NCBI RefSeq assembly: GCF_036971445.1
Contig: NC_091474.1
Location: 170,686,001-170,750,000 of the forward strand
Length of the DNA: 64,000 bases
Reading direction: 5' to 3'
Source of the DNA: Narcine bancroftii
Lineage: Eukaryota
This document shows, piece by piece, positions 49,673 to 63,067 of the stretch. A program made the position numbers and the translations under genes. The stretch's first letter is position 1. The number at the start of each line of letters is the position of its first letter. The notes under the pieces were generated by a model. The model saw only the letters and a list, made by a program, of their open reading frames with translations. It was not told where the DNA came from and made no database searches.

Positions 49673-51269
49673 AGCTACATACTGCTGCCAGTGCGATATC
49701 GATAAGAACTATTTAAAAATAGTTGTGTAAATAAACTAGTGTACAAGTTTAGTTACTTAAGTTGCACTATAAAGAAAGTGATAAAGAACACTAAATTTTT
49801 CTTTATCTTGAGAAGGACAGATGTTATATAGTCAGGATAATATGAACTATTTTGTAACTGCTTAAGAATACACTCTTCTCATTGTAGTGCACCACTGTGT
49901 GCCATATGTATATGGGTGTGTGTGAACAGTTTCCTGAGATGGTGAAAGACATCAGTAAGTAAAGTCTCTTCTGTTATTTGAATCTTGCACCTCTAAGTTA
50001 TTTAAGAAGCCTCCCAAGTAACACAGAGACATAGCACTCATGAAGATCAAATCATTTCCTTTTATCAAAAATGGAGTTAGGAGGAGCAGGAATTTCTGCT
50101 GCATATTCTTGTGACACAACTGGAGGGGCAGTGACAACTTCATGTCCACACACACCAAATCCCTTCCCCTTTTCACCATCATTCCCCCCCCACCCCAGGA
50201 TGGAGCTGTGACCTGATCAGTGCCAAAACAGGTTCAGTTCAATCATCATTTTAGTGCACGAACCAGCCTCAAAGTTTTGACGTAAAAGACAGCAATATGT
50301 CTGAGGAAATTTAAAGCAAGTTTGTTAAGAAGCATTTTACCAAATACAATGTCAAAATTCAAAGGACTTCATCCTTGCAATAAAATGTTAGTGCTAAATT
50401 TGGGTTGGTGATCAGTTGCCTATCCCCACTGGAAGTGGAGGTTCTCAAGCCATTGTTGGGCCTGAGCCTCGTTTTGGGTGCCAGGGGATGCAAGTGCCGA
50501 GTGGATGCAATTGATAGGCTTCAAGTTGGCACAATATTTTATGGGGATGTAAACATAAATATTAGCAAATACTGAAAAATTAGTTGACAAAAAAGTCAAA
50601 TACTGCTCTGGTCAATTTTAATATGAAATAAAGAAGCCTCCTATAAGATCCATTATTTTGGATAATCATCACATGCTTCAAATTTTATTTTTAAAAAAGT
50701 CATTATCTAGTGATGTTTTTAATCACTTTATCGTGAGCTCTTTTTGTTTGGGTAGTTAGTGTTTAACATTGGCCCAAAGCCTCTGCTAAAGTCGACTCCC
50801 TGTTTGCAAGGAGTTAGTCATAGCAGGTCACTGCTTCTCCCACTGGAGTTGCAAAAGTATTTCACTCTGCTCAGTCTCAATATTGAAACTGTTTGTGTTT
50901 GGGGGAACTATGCTTGTCAGGGCAAGTTTGTGTTTGAAAAGTTCACTGGGCTATGAGAAAATGAAAAAAAAAACCATTGTAGATGCTGGAAATCTGAAAG
51001 AAAAACAGGAAATGCTGCAAGCCCTTGAAAAGCCAGGCAATATCTGTGGAAGGAGAGAGAGGATTAATGTTTCAGGTTGAAGGCCTATTGTCAGCATTTT
51101 TTGCTTTTGTTCCATGCCATTACTTTTGCTCTCCAACCTTGGTCTTCTGCACATTCTAAAGTCTAAGCTATTAAGAATGACAGATGCAGACTTCAAAAAG
51201 TACATCCTTTGAATTATCAGTTTATTTGCTAATGAAATGCACCTTGAAAGAGTGTGTGTGGCATCAAAG

Positions 51270-52020
51270 GTCAGATAGCCCAATTGTCCTGTGCACCACA
51301 TGAACCGATGAAACAACTGCAGGAATATACCATATGGCCTCAAGCTGACTGTCTTTCAGTAAGAACATGGCTGGTAGGATGTTGGCCTCAATTCCATTGT
51401 TTTCTTTCTGTTCCCCCACACCCTGGACTCCCATGTCATCTAAATATCTATCTCCTAGCTTTCCATATTTTAGCCTCCACAGCTCCCAAGTTTATGACCA
51501 TTTTAGGAAAGAAATTCTCCTCATTTCTTAAATAGGTAATCTTATTCTGAAATGACACCCCAGTTCTATAATGACAAAATATCCTCTTAGAAAAATATTC
51601 TCTTAGAATTTACAATGGACTCAGTGGGCTAAAAACCTGTATGTCTTTCTGTCTTTGTATTGTGAAGCCCCTCAAAATTCTTTTTTTTTTAATACAAGAA
51701 CACCTCTCATTCTCAATCTCTCTAAATCTGTGTTCCTTGTAACACAGCTCCTCCTACCCAGGGATTAGCCAAGTGAAATCTTTTTTGAATGCGCGCACCA
51801 AAGCAAATTGCCACTCCCTAATAAGAAGAATGAAACAATATGCCATGCATTAGGTGTGGTCTCATCAAAACCTTGTGCAGATGAAGCAAGACTTTTCTAC
51901 TATTATATTCTGTCCGCATGCAATACATGCCAACATTCCACTTGTCTTCCTGGTTACTTGCATGTTATCTTGTTGTATTTCATGTATGAGGTCATCTTTC
52001 CAACCCTGTTCAAGTAAACT
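51270..52020 (-). mobile_element. Highly degraded CR1 3' part
   Basis: Recognisable CR1 3'UTR and RT C-terminal fragments. Confidence 0.55.
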
Positions 52021-53191
52021 CACCAGCAAGACTTCCAATTAATACTCTTTATGTAGATGCCTCTTACATCCATATATGCTATTTGCCTCAATATTCATTG
52101 TTATTCCTGTTTCAATTCAGGAAATGTAATTTACATTCCAAACATTATTTCTGCTTTACTGAAATAACACTTTCCATTATCCTGATACAAACAAATGACA
52201 TGCCATGCCAATAATAGTACAAGGCACCACCACTTCTTTCAGGCCAGAAAATAAAAAAATATTTACTTTGTGCCTCATTCTATTGCACATACAGTATTTC
52301 ATTTATTTTAAAGTTAAAGCAATCAAAGAAGTTCACGTTCCTGCTTCTGGCAAAGGGGTCAAAGCTCTTGACTATTCTGCAGATCTTTTCTTTTGTCTTC
52401 AGGGCAAAATTACTTCCTCAGTTATAGAATCATGTCAAATTTGTCTTTCAGTACCAGAAATGACATAAACAACTGAAACCTTCTAAACTAAATTAGCAGA
52501 ACATTCTAAAATCAAACTTAACTGTGGGGAAAATGACAACAGGCAAATACAGGAACTCGCAGGAAAACACCTTGTACCTGTTAGTCTTCAGGCTCCCTTG
52601 CAATGAGAGCAATGAGTCTGTACCTGACTCATGCATTGTATTCAGGAAAATGAACACTTGCATTCATCTACTACAACGTTGTAGGATTATCACGTAGAAT
52701 ATCTTTCATTTGATAAAATACTTGTTCACTGTTTTAAAATCAGGTTAATTTTTTTTATAAACAGGCTTGCAAGGTGTGAGGCTATATGAATGATAGCCCT
52801 TTAGGAACAATATGCCAGGGTGTTTCATCCTTAGAACCATACCATAGAAATATAGTTATTTTGGATATAACTATAGAAGCAGCAACATTAAGCAAGTATT
52901 TTATCAAAGGAAAGATATTCCATGTAGTAATCCTGCAATGTTGTAGTAGAGTTGTGCTGAGTTGGAAGATTTCTTGTCGTTATGCAGTTGCCTTAAACTG
53001 CTCTCGAGATACACGCATTCCAATGTAAAATCAGCCTACGTAACTGTTTTTTAGGCGCCCTTCCTTTTGCCTCATGTTGAATTTGAATGGATTCTCTTTT
53101 GCTTCTGATTGTAAGGGGCATTGAGCAATTTCTGCTGATTCATCTAACAAGTATGTAGAACAGTTGTGCTCTAGTAATTAGGGGAACATGT

Positions 53192-53965
53192 TAGAACCAT
53201 AGAACACTACAGCACAGAAAACAGGCCATTTAGCCCTTCTGCTCTGTGCTGACTATTATTCAGCTCGTCCCAATAACCTGCTCCCATTCCATAACACTCC
53301 AGACCTCTCCTATCCATGTATCTATCCAATTTATTCTTAAAACTCAAGATCAAATCCGCAGCCATCACACCAGATGGCAGCAGCTCATTCCACACTCCCA
53401 CCACACTCTGAGTGAAGAAGTTCCCTCAATGTTTTCCCCAAGCCTTTTCCCTTTCACCCTAAAGCCATGGCCTCTCATATTAATCTCGCTTAATCTCAGT
53501 GGAAAGAGCCTCTTCACATTTACTCTGTCTATTCTCTTCATAATTTTGTAAACCTCAATCAAATCTCCCCTTATTCTTCTTCATTCCAAGGAATAAAGAC
53601 CGAACCTGTTTAATCTTTCCCTGTAACTCAACTCCTGAAGACCTGGCAACATCCTATTAAATCTTCTCTGCACTCTTTCAATCTTATTGATATCCTTCCT
53701 GTAGTTAGGTAACTAGAAGTGCACACAATATTCCAAATTTGGCTTCACCAATGTCTTATACAATTTCAACATAATATCCCAACTCCTATACTCAATGCTT
53801 TGATTCATAAAGGCCAAGATGCCAAAAGCTTTCTTTACAACCCTGTCCATCTGTGACACCACTTTTAGGGAACAATGTACCTGTATCCCCAGGTCTCTGC
53901 TCCTGCACACACCTCAGTGTCCTACCATTTACAGTGTATGTCCTTCCTTGATTGTTGTTGTTGTA
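53192..53965 (-). mobile_element. CR1 3' fragment
   Basis: DLGIQVHCSLKV..LYKTLVKPNLEYC; MRGHGFRVKG; TAGAACCATAGAAC tail. Confidence 0.85.
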
Positions 53966-54199
53966 ATGGAGCTTCATTTTAATTGAAATAGAGCTTCATT
54001 TTAATTGAAATAGATGAGCCCATTAAGCCATACAGAAGTTTTCTTCCTAAAAAAAATTCCTGCTATTTAGATCTTCATTTTAAACTTTTGTTACTAACTG
54101 CCTCCAGTTCTGACATCCACATGGCCAGTTCCTACATGATGTTTCTACTTCCTTGAATGATGGAGCTCTGTGGCACCATCCAAGATGCTCATATTCATG

Positions 54200-54357
54200 A
54201 AACTATTTATTTATTTGTATATATGAATTCTTGTCCTGCACATGTGTAGTTTGCCTGTACGTGTGTTATGTTTGGCTGTGTGTTTGGCACCGAGGACCAG
54301 AGAATGCTGTTTTGTCAGGTTATACATGTGCAATTAGATGACAATAAATGACTTGAT
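54200..54357 (+). mobile_element. Rex1-type LINE 3' tail
   Basis: Ends GATGACAATAAATGACTTGA. Confidence 0.5.
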
Positions 54358-54619
54358 GAGAAAATTTCCAACTGAGAAAACTATTTTGAAAATTACAGCC
54401 AATGCGATTACATTTCCAGGAGGTGCAGCACCATTTATTAGGAAATGGAAGTTGCATTAATTTCCAAATACAGAAAATCAAATACCTTCTGGAAAACACT
54501 TCCTGCTGTCCACATGAATTGAAATGTGTGTGGAAAGATTCAGATCAAATGGAACAAAATGGAAGGGAAGGGGTACTAATGCCATGTCGGACTCCATTAA
54601 CCTTAAACTCAGCATGTGG

Positions 54620-57600
54620 GCATTAGAAATAGGAGCAAGGGTCAGCTCCTTGACCCCTTGAGCTTGTTGTGCTATTAATTTGGATTAAAGCTGATCTGAT
54701 TGGAACTTCACCTCCACATTGTTGTCTTTCCATGTAATGTTTCACTTCCTACTTCTCAAGAATTTATCTACTCTGCCTTAAAAATATGCAAGGATTCTAT
54801 TTCCACTGTCTCAACATCTAAGAGAAAGAATTAATTTCAACCCTGTCTTAAATAGGCGATCCCTTATTTTTAAACCATGACATTTAGCTTTAGATTCTTC
54901 CACAAGGGGAAATGTTTTCTCTGCATCACACTATGGTTTTGTATATTTCAATCAGATTCCTACTCACTCTTCTAAATTGCAGCAGAAGCATGCCTAATCT
55001 ATCCAACTGTTCACCTACTCATCCCAAGTATTAATCAAGTGAACAGGTTTTGAACTGCTTCCAACTTATTAATACCCCATTAAATTAGATGAAATCTGTA
55101 TGTAGTGTCAAAGGTATATTCTCATCAATACTTAATGTGTAAGTTCCCTAGTTTTATATCAATTTCCCAACAATAAATAATAACATTCTGGTAGTTTTCA
55201 TAATTACTTCCAGATATTGAATACAAATCTCTGGCAGATCATGAACCAGGCCACCCAGAACCCTCTGCATCTCAGAGCACTGCAACCTTTCACGACAGAG
55301 ATAAAATGCCTGTGAATAAAAACACAATTTCCTGTATTATACAGCAATTGTCAAATTTTTCCCACTAACTTCATCTTTTTATATTCCTTTGCAGCATTCC
55401 TATGAAATCTTTATGTTACTTTCCTTCCTATGTGGTGTCATCAGCAAATATAAACACATTTTTGCAAGCATAACCTTAGTGTCTTCATCTGAGTCATTAA
55501 AATAAATTGTAAAAGGCTGACAGCCCAGCATCTATCCCTGTGACTCAACACTCAATACCTGCTGCCAACCGTTAAACACTCATTTATTCCTCTCCTCAAA
55601 GTCCAATTAGGTGCCAGCCTTACAACCATGCCAGTAGATTACCATATTCTCCACAAGCATCTGGAAACCTTAGAAGAACCCACTGGTATACCATTATACA
55701 TAGAACATTTAACTTCAAAAAAGTCCAATAAATTGGTCAAAAATTATTTCTCCTTCATGGTATTTTGATTATGATGACTTTTTTTCTATACACTTTAATA
55801 ATACAATTTAACATTTTCTCCATATCCAACCTGTTTTTCCTGCATTCTATCTCTCCTTTCTTTGAAAAGCAGATTTACAGTCTACCTGTATTTGTTTTTG
55901 TTTCCCCTTGTTCAATGGAACCGTCTCTGAATCTAAATTTTGGAAATTAAAACCAATGCACCAAGTATTTCTCTGGCTGCTTTCTTTAAGACCATTTGGA
56001 TGAAGTTCACCTGAACCAGACAGTTTTCAGGACACACTTTCACCAAATTGCTCAGCACCACTTCCCCAGTGATTGCAATGTTCCTGAATTCCTTTGTCCC
56101 TTCTATTTCCTGATTTAAAGATACTTCAGGGACTTATCTTTTGGGAAGAATGATAGAAAATTTGTGTTTTATTCATTAGCCATCTCATTTTTCATTAATA
56201 ATTGCTCAGGCTCACTTTCTTAATGGACTGATGCTCCCTTTGTTAATTCATTTTTAAATATCTTTCAAAATTCTACCAAATGTATTTTAATATTTCCCGT
56301 AAGTTTTATCTTGTAAACCAGTTAGATGTTTCTTTTATACTCCAACCAATCCTCTAATCTGTCACCAATCTCTGCACAATCATATATTTTATTTTTTTTA
56401 AAGTCATTATCATATATTTTCTCACTAAAGCAGATAGTATTTTTAAGTTTTAGTTAACCCTTGGAAATTTTCTTTCTCATTGATATTTCTCCTTTTCATT
56501 ATTAAATGATTGCCATCTCAACTGACTGATCCTTTATCTTAATTTTCCAGTTCATTCTGTTTCCACACCTTGATATTTGTTTGAAATACCAATCTTGGAT
56601 CCAAGCTTCTTTCCCAAAAATTGAATGTCAAATTTAATCATGCCATGAACACTGTTATCTATTGGTGCCTTCACAATGAGGTCATAAACCAAAATACCTC
56701 ATTGCACATTCCCACGTTGAGAAAAGTTTTCTCTCTCGTTGACTCTCGAATATGCTTTTTCAAGAAACTATCTTGAAAGTACTCGATGAATGCTTCAATT
56801 TGAATATCTTTGCCCATCAGATTTATCCACTCAATATGTAGAATAAAATCTATCATGATAATCATTGTATCTTTTTGACAAGCTACCATTACTGTTAGGG
56901 AGCCTGCACATTACTCCCACAAGTGACTGATTGCCTTCACTATTTCTCATCTCCTCCCAAATTGCTTCTACATCTAGGTTTCCTTGCTACGACTATCTTT
57001 AATTATCATGGCCATCTTTTCCTAGTTTCCTATCCATCCAAAATGTCATTTCCCCTTCAACATTTAGATCCCAAACCATGCCAGGCTCCAGCTATGCCTT
57101 GGTAATGAAAATTAGATCATAATTATTTCTACTTGTGCTTTCAGTTCATTTGTTTTATTTCTATTACTGTGTGCACTCAGATACAGATGTTTAGTTTTAT
57201 TATTTTATTACTTTTGTAATCTCCAGCCTTTACCAATTTATTTTTAGAAATGAACTCTCCAGCCATTCTTGAAATAGTCCAACATTGCCCATGTCAAACC
57301 TGTTCATTTGTTCTTATGATAACAGCACAGTAGAAGGTTCTCTGGCTCACAAAATCTGTGCTGCCCAATTACACTCAATTAAGCTGCCAGCCACATGTCT
57401 CCACTCTACCACATCTTCGCAATTTTGATCATCTGCAGCACCAATTAGTTAAAAACCCTCTGTATTTCTTTAGCTCTGAAGTCTTCAAGGACCTGGTCCC
57501 AACATTGCTCAGGTGCAGAGTGCCCACAGTCCTGCTCCCACTTTCCCCAGATAAGTGCCATTACAAGCAAAAGCTTGTAGTTTTTGAGTTGTGCATTCAT

Positions 57601-57800
57601 GATTCTAATTCATTTGTACAGTGACATTTTGTAAGTGTCTCAGGGATTTCTACCTGTTTAATTTTTACTTTGGTGCCTAGCACCTCAAAATGAATCTCTA
57701 TCTTTGTACCACCCATGTTATTGGTGCTGACCAAGTGTCATAACCATAGGATTCTTCTTCCCATCCTAAACCCAGAGCAGGCCACGGTCCGGACAAATCC
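54620..57800 (-). mobile_element. Long, very old CR1 remnant
   Basis: Scattered CR1 motifs (3'UTR at 54620, GTCATCAGCAAA = FADD at ~55437, FQDSFL..TRE at 56700-56780). Confidence 0.6.
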
Positions 57801-57879
57801 ATCTTCTGAACTCTTGCTCTGTGATGCAGTAACTAGCAATTTTATGTGGTTATAGGGACCAGAGGCTGAGAATTAGTCA

Positions 57880-58625
57880 TGCAATCATAGTTATTCAGCA
57901 TGGAAACAGGCCCTTCACCCAATTCATCCATGCCAACAGAGCTTATCCCATTTATCTGCATTAGTTCCATGCCCCTCTAATCCTTTTCTATCAATACAGC
58001 TGCCTAAATGTCTTTTAAGCTTCACAATTTCCACTATAACCTCATTCCACACCCTCTGTGAAAAAATGTGCCACGTATGTCCCCTCCAAATCTTTTCCCT
58101 CTCACCTTAATCCTCTATCCTCTATTTCTAGACTCATCTACCTTGTGAAAAAGCCTGTTCATTTACCTCATCTATGCCTTTCATTATTTTATAAACCCCC
58201 TAAAGGCCTCTTAAACTCCAGGGGAAACATTCCCAACTTATCTGGTCTCTCCTTATAACACACATTGACCCATATCAGCTAAATTCTTGTGAATATTCAC
58301 TGTACTCTCTCCAACTTTACAACATCCTTCCAATCGCAAGGAGGCCACACTGCTCTAAGTGCAACATCACCAATGTGTTGTGCAGCTGTTGCATGACTTC
58401 CCAATTCCTGTACTCTAGGACCAGACCATTGAAGGCAAGCCTGCCAAATACTTTCTTCACCAGTCTGTCTACCTGTGTGGCCACTTTCTGGTCTACCACA
58501 CTCCCCAGGGCCAAACCATTTACCGTGTATGACATGCCCAGGTTTCCTGGGCATGTCATACACAGTAAATTCCACCTGGCCATTCCTTAGCCTAATTCTA
58601 CAGTTGATCTGGATTCTTGCTTCTG
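57880..58625 (-). mobile_element. CR1 3' fragment containing a fold-back palindrome
   Basis: QVDRLVKKVFG..LEYRNWEV..; inverted repeat at 58518-58570. Confidence 0.75.
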
Positions 58626-58829
58626 TTGTCTTGGGAATGGGAATGTAACATACACTGAACAGGATCTGATGCCTTGTTGCCCATGTCTGATATGACATTG
58701 GTTACAGTGTGAATGGAACTTCATTCACTTCACCATCCTAGAGAATATCAGCCGAGAGAAATTGAGTAACAGCTTTTTGGACACCTTGTTCTCATTGAAC
58801 AAGATGGATTAATATAATCAATAGCACAA

Positions 58830-59312
58830 TGGAATATCACACATTGGTAATGTCCACATATAAATCCTGCAGGATCTTTGTGCATTACAGTCGACATTCC
58901 CAATTAGAGGACAGATACCAAGCTGGAAAGGGTGCCAAAAAGATTCACAAGAATGATGTTGAGTCTGGCAGGCTTGAGGAGAAGCTGGAACTTTCCTCCC
59001 TGGAACATTGGAAGCTGGAAGTATGGGGTTGAGGTTGGGGGGTGGGGGGTGTGCTGCTTATAGAGATATATAAAATTATCCAGAGCCTAGATAAGGTATA
59101 TAGTCACAAAATTTCTCTTAGTAAATTAAAAAGGCATAGATTTAAGGTGAGAGGATAAATAATTAAAAAGGACTTGAGGGACGGCTTCTTCACACAGAGG
59201 ATGGTTGATATATGCAATTAATGCTGGAAAATGGGATTGACTTGGTTGGCACTGACAGCTTGGCCTGAAGGGTTGGTTTCCAGGCTGCAGAAATCTAAAT
59301 CTTTATGACTCT
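58830..59312 (+). mobile_element. Degraded CR1 3' end
   Basis: AAGATTCACAAGAATG..GGCATAGATTTAAGGTGAGAGG..TTCTTCACACAGAGG. Confidence 0.7.
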
Positions 59313-59702
59313 AGCAAGGAACTGATCTCCTGGCTGTCCCTCAGGAAGGGAAAATGGCAATGCTTGCCATTCCTTTACGCTGCCTTGGGATTTTCCTGGT
59401 TTGTTTTACTCAGTTATTTACTGAGTAAAATCCTGATGCCTGTAACTGCAGTTTAAATCCACAGTTGCTTTTCAACACCAAGGGAAAGGAACCAATAGTA
59501 AATATGGAATCAAATAGTCTGATCTTATAAAATTCAATAGGGGGGTCAAATTCTTTGAGTTTCTCATGCTATCTTATTTTTATAAAAATGTTCAGTGCCA
59601 ATAAACTGCTTCTCTTTAACTTCTCCTAAATACCCAAATCTTGTTGTTTTCAAGCAAATGTTTTCAAGCAAATGTTTTCAATCAAATTTCAAAATGCTTA
59701 AA

Positions 59703-60021
59703 TACCGTATTTACTAGTATAATCGTCAATTACTTTTGTATCACTTTTTTGGGCCAGAAAAGGGGATGGTCAATGTTTACATGGGTCAAACATCTGACCT
59801 CGTGAATTTCTGATTCATTCAAGGCATCGGGAGGTCAGATGGGCAGGTGGCCAGGGTGAGAATCTGTGGTTGGGAGTTTGGATGGGCAGATGGCTGGGGC
59901 CAAAAATAGGAGGGTTGACTTTTACATGGGTTATGCAAAACCACCTGATTTTGGGGCCATAAAGGGGAGGGAGGGGTCAACAATTACACAGTATCGACTA
60001 TTACAAGTATACATGATAAGT
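59703..60021. mobile_element. Tc1/mariner(pogo)-type MITE
   Basis: TA-CCGTATTTACTAGTATAATCG left end; degenerate right end CGACTATTACAAGTATACATG-ATA. Confidence 0.5.
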
Positions 60022-60369
60022 AAGGAAGCTCAGCTCTCCCTATATCATTCATATTCATTATATTTAAGCATTTTAAGAAGCTATTACTGAAATATATGTT
60101 TATTTCTAGAATGTATTTTTTATTGATGAGTGAGAGCCCAAAGCCATGTTTGCATAAATCTTGGGTGAGGTGGTAGTCAGACATAGATACCACTAACTGA
60201 CAAAAATCTCTGGTCAGATCTGTGTCAGAGAAGTTTAATGGCTACTATCAATGCCAGGTATAGATTGGACCATTATAATTTTCTCCAACTGTATCTCATC
60301 CCACAGAAATTACACTAATATAAACCTTAATGATCAGGGCTGTGTTTTAGGTGTGATGTACAGGTTGGT

Positions 60370-61000
60370 TCCTTTTTTACATTCTACCTGGCTTTGCATG
60401 AAGGTGAGGCTCTTCTGGTATGACCTCTATGATACCCTAATTAAGATCACAGGAGTCACCTTCCCAGTAGACCCAGAGCTTTGTTTTCTGGGGAACTTTA
60501 CCATGGTTGTTAGATTACTAACTAATTCTCAAATGAAATTCACAGGAATTGCCTTATGTGTGGCCAGGAAGTACATAGCGGTAACATGGAATTCTAACTG
60601 CCGTCTATTCATGGATAGGTGGTCTTCGGAGATGAATAGCTGCATCTCAATTGAAAAGGTCATATACAATCTCAGGAAGGAATATAATACCTTCCTAAAA
60701 ATCTGGCAGCCTTATTTAAAGCATATAGATAGCTCACTGGCACCAACATAGGGCTACGATTGCTACTGACTAGCCAGTGGACCTCTGTAAAAATTTAACA
60801 TTCTGATATTATCGTGTCTTCATGAGTTTTATTATTTGCACTGACAATGGGGAGATTTTTCTTTTTCTTCATTCTTTCTCTGTTTAATAGGACAGATAGA
60901 GGGGAAGGGGTGAAGGGAAGGGTTTTCTTGATGTTTTACATTTTGTATGATTGTTGATTGTTAAATATATTAAAATGATAAATAAAATATTACAAAAAAA
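60370..61000 (+). mobile_element. 5'-truncated L1 3' end with poly(A)
   Basis: HSTWLCMKVRLFW..ARKYIAVTW..EKVIYNLRKEYNTFLKIWQPY*, G-rich UTR, AATAAA and A-tail; related to 44600-44960. Confidence 0.85.
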
Positions 61001-61242
61001 TGAAACAATTACTGATTTCTGTTGTACTTAATAATTTCATAAACAGAATTTGTCAGTTTGAATCTTGAATTAAGATCTTTGTAGATTTATTAGCGCTCCA
61101 GTACTTGTCTATGTACTTCTCTAAGATACTGGAAAATGTAATTTGAAGCAACAACGAGCAATCTGATTTAATAAAAATAGACCTCTTTATTAAATAAAAT
61201 AAATTCTGATAGTGAGGTACAGCATTCATCTTTTTTTTCCCC

Positions 61243-61265
61243 AGAGAGAGAGAGAGAGAGAGAGA
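61243..61265 (+). repeat. (AG)n microsatellite
   Basis: AGAGAGAGAGAGAGAGAGAGAGA. Confidence 0.9.
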
Positions 61266-61294
61266 CCTACAAAAACTTCCACAATTAAGTAAAA

Positions 61295-61880
61295 CTGGCG
61301 CAGACTGGGAGGTAGTTTCCCTGAGCACCTTTGCTCTGTCCGCACCAGTGACAGAGACCTCCCAGTAGCCACTATTTCAGGTCAGTGTCATACTCCCATA
61401 CTCACATGTCTGTCCATGGCTTTATGTACTATCCCGCCCTGACCTCCCATAAATTGGACGAACAACACCTGATTTTTCCACATGGGCCCTCTTCAGCCAG
61501 ATGGCATTAACTGACTTTTCTGGTTTCTGCTAACCTGCTCTCATTTTATCCCCCTTCCCTTCCCTCTTCCAGTTCTCCTCCCTCTTTTCCCTCTCTATTC
61601 ACCTAGCTATCCCTCCCCTTACTTGCTGCTGTCCCCTCCCTCCCTTCTCCAGCTATTACCTCCTGCCTTTGTAACCACGCCTCCCCACCTACTCTTTTAT
61701 TTGGACGTTTGCTGACATTTTTTCCATACCTTGAGAAAAGAGGTCAAGGCAAAAATGTCGGTGATGTATTTTTACCTTTGCTATATAACGGACATTGTTT
61801 GACCTGCAGAGTTTCTCCAGCATTCTGTTTTTACTTCAACCATGGTGACTACAGATTTTCCTGTTTTAACTTCCACAATG
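61295..61880 (+). mobile_element. Penelope-like 3' fragment
   Basis: CCCAGTAGCCACT.TTTC..CATGTCTGTCCATGGC..GAACAACACCTGATTTT, homologous to 6740-6900 (reverse); pLTR tail. Confidence 0.75.
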
Positions 61881-63067
61881 AACTTGATTGTAACAATGGA
61901 GACAGCAGCAAATCTTAAAATGCTACCAATCGATAGCACAATTACAATTAGTGACAATATTATTCAAAATTGACCTTTTGTATAAAATGAAGGATTTGTA
62001 AATGTACGGTACTGAATGATCTTTAGCTTACTTGGAATTCAACACACCATGTAAACTGGTCTAGTTGCCACACATCAGCCATTACTTCATTCACCAAGGC
62101 AACACTAAAGATTGCGCAGCACACAGAAGTGTATCAACTGAGAAAATGTTATCACCGCTGTTTATGCATGTATGACTTCATGAGACTTGAAAGAAAAACA
62201 ACATTTCAGGGTAAATAAAGGATGATCAACTTCTGCACTGATTTACACAATGGCAACATTCTGAAAAATGTGTCTAATCATCATCATTTGCATGAGCTAC
62301 AACAATGGTTCCCAATGGCAGCTGAGTGTTACACATTTTCAAACAGTTTGGTGATGAGAATAACTGTGGCCAGCTGAGATTGCGTCAGATATTCAAAGGC
62401 TACATCATTTTGGTTGATGTTCCCAAGAGCTTGGGAATTGTGTTCAATGCTGGAGATTTTCCAATGCATAAATATCACAACCTCTGACACATTCCACCTT
62501 CCAAACATGGAAACTCAAACAGGCATAATTTTGATAATGTTCACCTAACAGCATTTATTTTTAGTGTCTTCAAGTACTAGTTATTTACATGCAGATCAGA
62601 ACCAAGAGAGGGTTAGGCTGCATCATAATTGGGACAGAAAGGGGGAAAAATGAAATGGAATTAATCAGGAAGGAGATACACTTGAGTTACGAGGGAAGGT
62701 AGTAAGCTTTACTTCCATTATTCATTATTGACTTAATCTTTACTTTTCTCGATTTATGCGAGTATCTCTATCAAAGCAAAATATGTTGCCCATTCCCAGT
62801 TGACTTTGAAAACATGGCAGTGCGGTTTCTTTTCGAACCATTGCTTCCATCCTGGTGAAGGTACAATAAAACTACTGGTATCCAGCATCTAGGGAGATTG
62901 GTAGATGCTGGATATGTGTATTTGCTTGAGACTTACTCTTACAATGTATGACTACTACACATTCATTAAGAATAACTGTTTAAAAGACAAAAATGCTATA
63001 CTTTAATTACACTGAACAAACTTCACTTGCATGAATATTTAAACCTTTAATCATTTTACTTTTTTTT

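Larger units (their letters stand above)
40720..50036 (+). mobile_element. Older full-length Ty3/Gypsy provirus with nested L1 and solo LTR
   Basis: LTRs 40720-40949 and 49822-50036 (TGTTA...CA); TSD CTCAT at 40715-40719 and 50037-50041. PBS TGGTGGCAGTGGT (tRNA-Leu-like) at 40950; purine tract before 49822. Confidence 0.93.

Noticed and set aside
57480-57530. Possible upstream RCAN2 exon end (AMLGP|G with GT donor on the minus strand)
   Set aside because: There is an in-frame stop just upstream, no FLISPP motif, and it lies in CR1-derived sequence.
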